Both the position numbers and the translations under genes were made by a program. Shown here in pieces: positions 33,220 through 39,772 of a stretch of 40,862 nt of DNA. The stretch's first letter is position 1. Each line of letters starts with the position of its first letter. The notes beneath the pieces were generated by a model. The model did not search any database. It was given only the letters and a program-made list of their open reading frames with translations, and had not been told where the DNA came from. Origin of the DNA: a virus; the IMG/VR virus record IMGVR_UViG_3300029779_000011; one strand, given 5' to 3'.

Positions 33220-33444
33220 ATGGATAATATCAAAAAGCGGCTGGGAAACCTGCTCAGCGTCAAGAGCCTGGTCACGATGATTCTGACCTGCGTGTTCGCC
33301 TACATGGCAGTCGTGGGCAAAATCTCGCAGGACTTTATGACCATTTATGCGGTCATCATTGCGTTTTATTTTGGAACCCAGTCCCAGAAGACGCAGGATG
33401 TGCTGGACAGTGCGGGCACGCCGCAGGAGGGCGAAAAGAAATGA
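33220..33444 (+). CDS. holin (2 TM, charged C-terminus); start 33205 or 33220
   Basis: SLVTMILTCVFAYMAVVG and IYAVIIAFYFG helices. Directly upstream of the endolysin. Confidence 0.6.
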   Translation: MDNIKKRLGNLLSVKSLVTMILTCVFAYMAVVGKISQDFMTIYAVIIAFYFGTQSQKTQDVLDSAGTPQEGEKK

Positions 33445-34133
33445 TGAAAGCATCCGAGCTTGTGCGCAGGCACATTGACGTTGCGAAGAATTACAAGACC
33501 GTCTACATGTGGGGCTGCTTCGGCTCCCCCGTGAGCGAAACGATCATTGACGAGAAATCCGCACAGTACCCGGACTGGTACACCGGCGGCAGAGTCACAT
33601 ATCTGCGCAGCCTCATCGGGAAGATCGTCTATGGCTTTGACTGCGTAAACCTGACAAAGGGCATTCTCTGGGGCTGGAACGGCAACAAAAACGCCTACTA
33701 CGGCGGTGCAAGATACGCCTCGAACAGCGTTCCGGATGTCTCCGCCGACGGCATGATCGCAAAGTGCAAGGACGTGTCAACGACCGGCTGGGACAAGCTG
33801 ATTCCCGGCGAAGGTCTCTGGATGCCCGGGCACTGGGGCATGTACATCGGTGACGGTCTGGCGGTCGAATGCACCCCGATCTGGGACAACGGCGTGCAGA
33901 TTACCGCTGTGCAGAACATCGGCACGAAAGCAGGCTACCACGCCCGCAAGTGGCAGAAGCACGGAAAGCTCCCGTGGGTGGAATACGATACCGTAAAGGT
34001 CGACGCCGAGGTTGAAGAAGCAAAGAAGACCATCCGGCAGAAAGCCGGTCTTACAGACAGCACGATCGATTACCTCGCCGGATACAAGTACGGTGACGAT
34101 CTTCTCAAAAAGCTCGCAGCAGCGATGAAGTAA
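33441..34133 (+). CDS. endolysin, NlpC/P60-like cysteine peptidase
   Basis: GFDCVNLTKG (catalytic Cys context) and GHWGMYIGDGLAVEC (His context). Confidence 0.65.
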   Translation: MMKASELVRRHIDVAKNYKTVYMWGCFGSPVSETIIDEKSAQYPDWYTGGRVTYLRSLIGKIVYGFDCVNLTKGILWGWNGNKNAYYGGARYASNSVPDVSADGMIAKCKDVSTTGWDKLIPGEGLWMPGHWGMYIGDGLAVECTPIWDNGVQITAVQNIGTKAGYHARKWQKHGKLPWVEYDTVKVDAEVEEAKKTIRQKAGLTDSTIDYLAGYKYGDDLLKKLAAAMK

Positions 34134-34145
34134 GGTGGTGTTATT

Positions 34146-34394
34146 ATGGCACCGCAGGCGCGGGCAAAACTCCCGCCAGAGCTTGGCGGTTTGACTAGAA
34201 AAGACATGGAAACCGTTATCTATCAGGCAAATCTAGGGAGAGAGAACGCGAAAATCGCGCAACTGTATTTTGTGGATAAGTTACCACAGGTAGATGTTGC
34301 GACGGAGCTGTATCTTGGACGCGCTACGGTGCAACGCCGCCTGCCGGGCATCGTGCGGGAGATGCAGCGCACATCCAGCAAATTGTATAGTTGA
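34146..34394 (+). CDS. stand-alone sigma-70 region-4-like HTH protein, 82 aa
   Basis: AKIAQLYFVDKLPQVDVATELYLGRATVQRRLPGIVREM fits the region-4 pattern. Confidence 0.5.
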   Translation: MAPQARAKLPPELGGLTRKDMETVIYQANLGRENAKIAQLYFVDKLPQVDVATELYLGRATVQRRLPGIVREMQRTSSKLYS

Positions 34395-34395
34395 T

Positions 34396-34427
34396 ATAAG
34401 CGCCGATTTCTCGGCGCTTATTTTTTA
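34396..34427 (+). terminator. rho-independent terminator of the late operon
   Basis: ATAAGCGCCGA-tttc-TCGGCGCTTAT followed by a T-run. Confidence 0.85.
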
Positions 34428-34446
34428 TAAAAATTTTGAAAAGCCC

Positions 34447-34475
34447 TTGACATATACGGTAATACAGTATATAAT
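34447..34475 (+). promoter_or_regulatory. consensus sigma-A promoter TTGACA-17-TATAAT with internal inverted repeat ATATAC-N9-GTATAT
   Basis: Hexamers and spacing read directly. The inverted repeat spans 34452-34472. Confidence 0.8.
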
Positions 34476-34531
34476 AAGGTCATAGAGACAAACCAAAACA
34501 AATACGACAATATATTTTGGAGGTAATTATA

Positions 34532-34912
34532 ATGCTTAATATTGTTTCGGCGTGGGGTGTACCGACAAACCCCGCCTATAACCCCGATACCGCGAACAAC
34601 GGCGGCGGGTATTGGCAGTTCTCAGGAGGCATTGTCGCCGATCTCGACGGTCAGACCGTCACCGTCGAGGTCGACGACACCTCCTGCGGCGATTTTGGCA
34701 GCCGCGTCTATTACGACGTGGCAGCCGATGGATACCGATGGTGGGTATCCGACGGCTCGATGGACGATGCGTCCATCGATGCTCCGGAAGATGTGGACGC
34801 GGTTTTGGCGTCCATCTCCGGTGTCCTGGGCGTGGACGCCGAAGCACTGATCTCAGCCGCGCGAGATGCTGCGAGCATCTGCGCGTGGGAGGGTGTGTGG
34901 AATGCCCACTGA
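34532..34912 (+). CDS. acidic lysine-free protein, 126 aa
   Basis: ATG behind GGAGG. Hand count gives about 20 Asp/Glu, 3 Arg and 0 Lys. The gene is locally GC-rich. Confidence 0.65.
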   Translation: MLNIVSAWGVPTNPAYNPDTANNGGGYWQFSGGIVADLDGQTVTVEVDDTSCGDFGSRVYYDVAADGYRWWVSDGSMDDASIDAPEDVDAVLASISGVLGVDAEALISAARDAASICAWEGVWNAH

Positions 34913-35084
34913 CGCGCAAAAGCGCACCCGCAACAAGTGGGACGCCGAGAACATGTCCGTGATCTCCTGCAAGCTCAAGCGGGAGATCGCGGAAACCTTT
35001 AAGGCCGTGGCGAAAGCCAACGGCACGACGCCGAACGAACTGATACGCGGCTGGATTTCTGAATACTTATTCGATCAAAACTGA
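34902..35084 (+). CDS. ribbon-helix-helix (CopG/Arc-like) DNA-binding protein, 60 aa
   Basis: Overlaps the upstream gene by 11 nt. MSVISCKLKREIAETFKAVAKANGTTPNELIRGWISEYL gives a beta-strand-helix-helix pattern. Confidence 0.6.
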   Translation: MPTDAQKRTRNKWDAENMSVISCKLKREIAETFKAVAKANGTTPNELIRGWISEYLFDQN

Positions 35085-35146
35085 TGCACAACTGAAGCAC
35101 AGGAAAATAGTAAAAAGCTCATACTGAACACAAAGGAGTGTTCGGT

Positions 35147-35530
35147 ATGGGCTTTTCTTATTTCAATCCAAACCCGGAAGGGAAACAAGTCGGAGACTGT
35201 ACCGTCCGGGCAATTTCAAAGGCGACGGGCAAGAGCTGGGATGAAACATACGTCGGGCTTTGCCTACAGGGGTTGAAAATGGGCGACATGCCGTCGGCAA
35301 ACAGTGTCTGGGGCGCGTACCTCCGGCAGCAGGGATTTACCCGGAACGTTGTGCCGAACACATGCCCGGACTGCTACACGGTCGCGGAATTTGCAAGAGA
35401 CCATCCGCGCGGCTTGTATGTACTCGCCTTATCAAGCCACGTTGTGTGCGTGGAAAACGGGACAATTTTTGATACATGGAACTCCGAAAACGAGATTCCG
35501 CTGTTCTACTGGGAAAAGGAGGATAAATGA
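35147..35530 (+). CDS. hypothetical protein with Cys/His papain-like signature
   Basis: FNPNPEGKQVGDCTVRAISKATGKSW (Cys) and LSSHVVCVENGTIFDTW (His). Confidence 0.55.
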   Translation: MGFSYFNPNPEGKQVGDCTVRAISKATGKSWDETYVGLCLQGLKMGDMPSANSVWGAYLRQQGFTRNVVPNTCPDCYTVAEFARDHPRGLYVLALSSHVVCVENGTIFDTWNSENEIPLFYWEKEDK

Positions 35531-35997
35531 TGTTCGGACAACAGCCTTATGTGTATCAGCAGCCGATTTACAATCAACCGCCCATGATGCAGGAACCAAT
35601 GATGCGTCCACAGTATCAGCCTGCGCCGTCGATGCAGTATCCGACTCCGCAACCTCAGCCACAGCAGCCGAGCGGTGGACAGTCCATCATATGGGTTCCG
35701 AACGAAAAGGCGGCAAACGAATTTATCGTCGCGCCGAATAACGCCGTCACACTCTGGGACATGAATGCGCCGGTTGTGTATGTGAAGAAAGCCGACGCAA
35801 GCGGTAAACCAGCAATGACAACGTATGACCTTGTAGAGCGCTCTACAGCCCCCGTGAGCCCCACAGCGCCGCAAACAGTTCCTACGGTGGAATACGTGAC
35901 CCGCAAGGACTTTGACGAACTGGCGGCAAAGGTGGCGGCTCTGAGTGTCAAGCCCGTTAGAAAGATGAAGGAGGCAGAAAATGAATCCACTGTTTAA
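35527..35997 (+). CDS. protein with Q/P/M/Y-rich N-terminal low-complexity region
   Basis: ATGA coupling. About the first 50 aa are MMFGQQPYVYQQPIYNQPPMMQEPMMRPQYQPAPSMQYPTPQPQPQQP, followed by a small globular domain. Confidence 0.65.
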   Translation: MMFGQQPYVYQQPIYNQPPMMQEPMMRPQYQPAPSMQYPTPQPQPQQPSGGQSIIWVPNEKAANEFIVAPNNAVTLWDMNAPVVYVKKADASGKPAMTTYDLVERSTAPVSPTAPQTVPTVEYVTRKDFDELAAKVAALSVKPVRKMKEAENESTV

Positions 35998-36196
35998 TGC
36001 ACTCGGCGGCGGGCAAATGCCCGGGGCTATGGGGCAGTTTCAAAATATGGTGCGGCAGTTTCAGCAGTTCAAGCAGAGCTTTCAGGGAGACCCGAAAGCG
36101 GAGGTTGAAAAGCTGGTGCAGTCTGGGAAAATCTCGCAGCAGCAGTTGAACCAGCTACAACAGGCGGCAAGCCAGTTTCAACAGCTTCTTGGATAA
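35981..36196 (+). CDS. Q-rich small protein, 71 aa
   Basis: ATG behind GGAGG. Overlaps the upstream gene. FQQFKQSFQ...QQQLNQLQQAASQFQQLLG. Confidence 0.6.
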   Translation: MNPLFNALGGGQMPGAMGQFQNMVRQFQQFKQSFQGDPKAEVEKLVQSGKISQQQLNQLQQAASQFQQLLG

Positions 36197-36209
36197 TTAA
36201 GATTTCAAT

Positions 36210-36221
36210 TCGTGCGCACGA
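36210..36221. promoter_or_regulatory. perfect 12-bp palindrome TCGTGCGCACGA
   Basis: Read directly. Lies 38 nt upstream of the 36259 start. Confidence 0.4.
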
Positions 36222-36258
36222 TTGAGATAAATTTCAAAATCTACGAAAGGAGAAAACT

Positions 36259-37056
36259 ATGAGTTTGAATGGCGATGGTATTCCTATGAACATGCCTGTA
36301 GTTCCGGCAAACTCGGACGGCGGAAACGGATGGGGCGGTGGTAATGGCTGGTGGATCATTATCCTGTTCCTCGCGATTTTCTGCGGCTGGGGTAACGGAA
36401 ACGGCTTTGGCAATCGTGGAGGGAACGGTGGCGTTATTGACGGCTATGTTCTGGCATCTGACTTCTCGAACATCGAAAGAAAGATTGACAGCGTGAACAA
36501 TGGTGTCTGCGACGGCTTCTATGCGATGAACACGGGGATGCTTAACGGCTTTGCCGGTGTAACGCAGGCTGTGACTTCCGGCTTCTCGAACGCTGAACTT
36601 TCCCGCTGCAATCAGCAGGCTGCGCTTATGCAGCAGCTGAACAACATGGCGATGCAGGCACAGGAGTGCTGCTGTGAAAACCGCGCTGCAATCGCCCAGG
36701 TGCGCTACGACATGGCGACGCAGGCATGCGACACCCGCAACACCGTGCAGAACAGCACTCGCGACATCATCGACGCGATGAACTGCGGCTTCCGCAGCAT
36801 TGACCAGAGATTGACGGCGCAGGAACTGGCTGCAAAGGACGCGAAGATTGCCGAGCAGAACCAGCAGCTCTTTGCGGCGCAGCTGGCGGCTTCTCAGGCG
36901 GCGCAGAACGACACGCTCAAGTCCTATGTGAGCGGGCAGTTGGCGTATTATAACCCGCGTCCGGTTCCGTCTTTTGCGGTTCCTGCTCCTTACCAGTTCG
37001 CTGGCTGTAACGGCTATAACGGCGGTTACAACTACGGCTGCGGCAACTGCGCTTAA
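36259..37056 (+). CDS. Gly/Asn/Trp-rich, Cys-rich single-pass membrane protein, 265 aa
   Basis: ATG behind AAAGGAGAA. GGNGWGGGNGWW-IIILFLAIFCGW-GNGNGFGNRGGNGG, an ECCCE motif, and the C-terminus GCNGYNGGYNYGCGNCA. Confidence 0.7.
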   Translation: MSLNGDGIPMNMPVVPANSDGGNGWGGGNGWWIIILFLAIFCGWGNGNGFGNRGGNGGVIDGYVLASDFSNIERKIDSVNNGVCDGFYAMNTGMLNGFAGVTQAVTSGFSNAELSRCNQQAALMQQLNNMAMQAQECCCENRAAIAQVRYDMATQACDTRNTVQNSTRDIIDAMNCGFRSIDQRLTAQELAAKDAKIAEQNQQLFAAQLAASQAAQNDTLKSYVSGQLAYYNPRPVPSFAVPAPYQFAGCNGYNGGYNYGCGNCA

Positions 37057-37124
37057 CTCCATAACGTAGAGCTTTTTCGTGGACTCACGAAAATGATCGG
37101 TTCCTTGCCGATACTCAAGAAACG

Positions 37125-37154
37125 CGGCGGGGCAATCGTCCCGCCGTTATTTTT
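37125..37154 (+). terminator. rho-independent terminator
   Basis: CGGCGGG-gcaatcgt-CCCGCCG followed by TTATTTTT. Confidence 0.7.
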
Positions 37155-37160
37155 AACCGT

Positions 37161-37172
37161 GTCGAATTCGAC
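37161..37172. promoter_or_regulatory. perfect 12-bp palindrome GTCGAATTCGAC
   Basis: Read directly. Lies 23 nt upstream of the 37195 start. Confidence 0.4.
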
Positions 37173-37194
37173 GCATTTAGAAAGGAATGATTTT

Positions 37195-37617
37195 ATGGCA
37201 GAATTTACGAATGTAAACATTCAGACAATTGCCGCCGGGCAGAATGTGCCTCTGACGGAAACGGCGATCAGCAGCAAGCCGTGCATTGTGCATCGAGAGG
37301 GAAGTGGGCTTGTGACGCTTCGCGGGCTGACAAACCAGTGCAAGGCGGTTTTCAAAATTTCCTACGGCGGCAACATTGCCATCCCAACCGGAGGAACCGT
37401 CGAAGCAATCACGGCGGCGCTCGCGATCAATGGGGAAGCCATCGCAAGTGCGACGGCGACCGTGACTCCGGCGGCAGTTGAAAACTATTTCAACGTTTAT
37501 GTTTCGGCACAGATTTCTGTTCCGAAGGGCTGCTGTGTGACGGTTGGTATGAGAAACACAAGCACGCAGGCTATCAATTTCGCTAACAGCAATCTGACGA
37601 TTGAGAGAGTGGCATGA
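37195..37617 (+). CDS. all-beta protein resembling BclA-C-terminal / C1q-TNF jelly roll, 140 aa
   Basis: Internal ATG of the track ORF. The alternating-beta pattern, including VFKISYGGNI...ALAINGEAI...VTVGMRNTS...NLTIERVA, recalls BclA-CTD-like proteins. Confidence 0.6.
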   Translation: MAEFTNVNIQTIAAGQNVPLTETAISSKPCIVHREGSGLVTLRGLTNQCKAVFKISYGGNIAIPTGGTVEAITAALAINGEAIASATATVTPAAVENYFNVYVSAQISVPKGCCVTVGMRNTSTQAINFANSNLTIERVA

Positions 37618-37631
37618 AAGGAGGATGCAAT

Positions 37632-38003
37632 ATGTACGATTTAAGAAATCTCCGTGAAATGCTCTGCAAAGAGCTGGACGAAATCGCCGACAAGCGCGAA
37701 ATGTCCGCCGGTGACTTGGACGCAATCCAGAAGCTGACGAGTTCCATCAAGAACACCTACAAAATCGAAATGCTTGAGGACGGCGGCTATTCCCGAGATG
37801 GTGAGTGGGAATCCGATATGCGCGGCACGTATGGGCGCGGCAGCTCCTACCGTGGCAGGCATCGCGATTCTATGGGGCGATACAGCCGGACAGATGCTCG
37901 GGAGCATATGCGCTCGACGCTGGAAGACATGATGCACGACGCGGACGATGATAAAACGCGCGAGGCTATCCGGCGCTGCATGGAGCAGATTGACAGAGCA
38001 TAA
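37632..38003 (+). CDS. charged helical hypothetical protein with RGSSYRGRHRDSMGRYSR tract
   Basis: ATG 6 nt after AAAGGAGGA. An alternative coupled start lies at 37614. Confidence 0.6.
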   Translation: MYDLRNLREMLCKELDEIADKREMSAGDLDAIQKLTSSIKNTYKIEMLEDGGYSRDGEWESDMRGTYGRGSSYRGRHRDSMGRYSRTDAREHMRSTLEDMMHDADDDKTREAIRRCMEQIDRA

Positions 38004-38015
38004 GGAGGGAAAGAC

Positions 38016-38360
38016 ATGCTGGATGAAGCCGAAATCCGAAAGGAAATAGCACGGCTGGAATACGAAGAATCCAGCTATCCCAATTATGCCAAGCTGGCGA
38101 ACCTATATGTGATACGCGACAAGATGCAGGGAGCGGAGAATGCCAGAGATAAGTTTGTGGGTTACTACTCTGGCGCTCCCGCCCCTGTGACCGCAGAACC
38201 GGCTACCGTGGGCGAGTACGGGGACAGTGAGTTTTTGCTTGCAGTAGCTGGGAAAGACCCGGCGAAGGCTTGGGCGGTCGTTGATGAACTCATGGATACA
38301 CTGGCGATGGTAAACAGCAAGGTCTATAACTCTGTTATGCGGAAAATCAAAGGCATATAG
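38016..38360 (+). CDS. hypothetical protein, 114 aa
   Basis: ATG behind AAGGAGGGA. Last gene before attP. Confidence 0.6.
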   Translation: MLDEAEIRKEIARLEYEESSYPNYAKLANLYVIRDKMQGAENARDKFVGYYSGAPAPVTAEPATVGEYGDSEFLLAVAGKDPAKAWAVVDELMDTLAMVNSKVYNSVMRKIKGI

Positions 38361-38372
38361 CGTGTTGCGTTG

Positions 38373-38393
38373 TATGTTACATTATATGCTACA
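38373..38393 (+). repeat. arm-type repeat pair TATGTTACA-tta-TATGCTACA (left of the att core)
   Basis: The same two 9-mers occur in swapped order at 38623..38643. ATGCCGA also flanks both pairs. Confidence 0.6.
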
Positions 38394-38428
38394 ATGCCGA
38401 TTTTTCCTTGATATTTCAATGGGTTTGC

Positions 38429-38493
38429 CTCCCCTGCTAAGGGAGTAGTCGTCTAAAAAGCGAGCGAGAGTTCGAATCTCTCCTTCCGCGCCA
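38429..38493 (+). other. attP core: 3' portion of a tRNA-Ser(GCU)-like gene (anticodon arm to CCA); not a complete tRNA
   Basis: CTCCC-cuGCUaa-GGGAG anticodon arm, long variable region, GAGAG-ttcgaat-CTCTC T-arm, then CTTCCGC-G-CCA. No matching 5' acceptor or D-arm lies upstream. Confidence 0.6.
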
Positions 38494-38540
38494 AAGTACC
38501 GATTTTAGCAAAATTCAAGCTAAAATCGGTACTTTTTTGT
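38494..38540 (+). terminator. rho-independent terminator (14-bp stem)
   Basis: AAGTACCGATTTTA-gcaaaattcaagc-TAAAATCGGTACTT followed by a T-run. Confidence 0.75.
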
Positions 38541-38622
38541 TTTAAATACTCCACTTTTTATAATGTTTTGAAATTACAAAAATCACGCTGAGTTATGCCG
38601 AATAACATAAAGTTACGATGTG

Positions 38623-38643
38623 TATGCTACATCGTATGTTACA
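38623..38643 (+). repeat. arm-type repeat pair TATGCTACA-tcg-TATGTTACA (right of the att core)
   Basis: Mirror-ordered copy of 38373..38393. Overlaps the integrase stop codon. Confidence 0.6.
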
Positions 38644-39772
38644 AACTGCCGGTTATGGCAGGGGACTCCCTCGTTTTTTCGTCCCCTTGCAGCTGGTTTA
38701 CCGCGTCTACCATCCCACGCATATCTGGATGAACATATCTCTGCGTCGTCGTTATTTTTGTGTGTCGCATGATCTCTTTGATAGTAAACAAGTCTATGTT
38801 TTTTATGGCAAGCGCTGTGGCGGTTGTATGGCGGCACGAGTACGGCGGGAGTTTCCGCGCACCGGCTAGTTCCAAGCACTCATAGTATCGCTTGTAAAAG
38901 TTGTCTTTGTTTATGCAGCAGACGTTCCCGACTTTGGACTTACTTTCTTCACAGAGTTCACGCAGCACGGGTGCGACGAAGTCTGGGAAGACCATAGGCG
39001 TTTCTTTCCGCTTCTTTGTTTTTATGCCGCCCCGGACGATCTCGTTTTTCTCAAAGTCAATCATATCCTTCTTGAGCTTCAGCAATTCTCCCGGCATCAT
39101 GCCTGTATAGATCATCGTGAGGATAAAACCGACAAAATGATCTTTTGCATACGCTTCCCATAGTTTTTTGACGTCGGCGTCGGTAAACGGCTCCGGCGAT
39201 TTTTCGTCCAGTTCCGGGAGCTTAATATATTCCGCGAGATTGACAGTGGTCTGTTTTTCAGCAATCGCGAGGTTATAGCAGTGTGAAAGGACTGTTTTCA
39301 TGTCCTTCCGCGTGTAATAGGTGCTGGCATTGCGGTCGACAACATCCTGTATCTGTGAGATGGTGAGCGTGTCAATTTCGCAGTCGGCGAGCTCCTTCAT
39401 GCGCTCGAAAGCTTTTTCCGCTGCCCCCTGCCGGTTCGCCGACAAGGACAGGTAATCTCCGCGCAGATACGTCTTGTAGTATGCTCTGAGTGTAGGGCTT
39501 CGCCGCTCTTCTTTCGGCGGGTTGGCGGCATATTGGAGCGCGGCACGCTTTGACGTAAAGCCTCCCTTTGTCTTCATCTTTTGATGGAGCTTGTCGTTTT
39601 CGTCGAGGTACGTCTTTTCAGTCCACCTGGCAGTCCACGTTTTCCCACGCTGGTAGGCGTTTCCTTGCCCGTTCCCGCGTGTCCGGTTTCGATGCGCTTG
39701 CTGCTGTTTCCCACACCAGCAGCAGAACGCCGAGCCGTCAGGAATTTCTTTTTTACACTTGATGCACTCCAT
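38639..39772 (-). CDS. int: tyrosine integrase with N-terminal zinc-ribbon
   Basis: C-terminal RHTTATALA...HTKITTTQRYVH (R-H-R-Y catalytic pattern). N-terminal CIKC...CCWCG. Start chosen behind GGAGG; the track start is 39802. Confidence 0.9.
   Translation of the reverse strand: MECIKCKKEIPDGSAFCCWCGKQQQAHRNRTRGNGQGNAYQRGKTWTARWTEKTYLDENDKLHQKMKTKGGFTSKRAALQYAANPPKEERRSPTLRAYYKTYLRGDYLSLSANRQGAAEKAFERMKELADCEIDTLTISQIQDVVDRNASTYYTRKDMKTVLSHCYNLAIAEKQTTVNLAEYIKLPELDEKSPEPFTDADVKKLWEAYAKDHFVGFILTMIYTGMMPGELLKLKKDMIDFEKNEIVRGGIKTKKRKETPMVFPDFVAPVLRELCEESKSKVGNVCCINKDNFYKRYYECLELAGARKLPPYSCRHTTATALAIKNIDLFTIKEIMRHTKITTTQRYVHPDMRGMVDAVNQLQGDEKTRESPAITGSL

Noticed and set aside
34542-34962. Several overlapping ORFs (34542..34850, 34612..34962 and 34659..34919 on the - strand)
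   Set aside because: They are frame shadows caused by the locally high GC of the acidic-protein gene. They are Arg/Pro-rich and lack an RBS.
34902-35530. RHH protein plus downstream Cys/His protein as a classical type II toxin-antitoxin pair
   Set aside because: The downstream protein matches no toxin family I recognise, such as RelE, ParE, MazF, VapC or HicA. The genes are also separated by 62 nt. This is left as a weak alternative.
36241-37062. 273-aa minus-strand ORF opposite the Gly/Asn-rich membrane-protein gene
   Set aside because: It is Arg-rich with no RBS. The + strand gene has AAAGGAGAA followed by ATG and a coherent TM/Cys architecture.
38429-38493. Complete tRNA gene
   Set aside because: Only the anticodon arm, variable region, T-arm and 3' acceptor are present. 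No complementary 5' acceptor strand (GCGGAAG) or D-arm lies upstream, so it is interpreted as the attP core.
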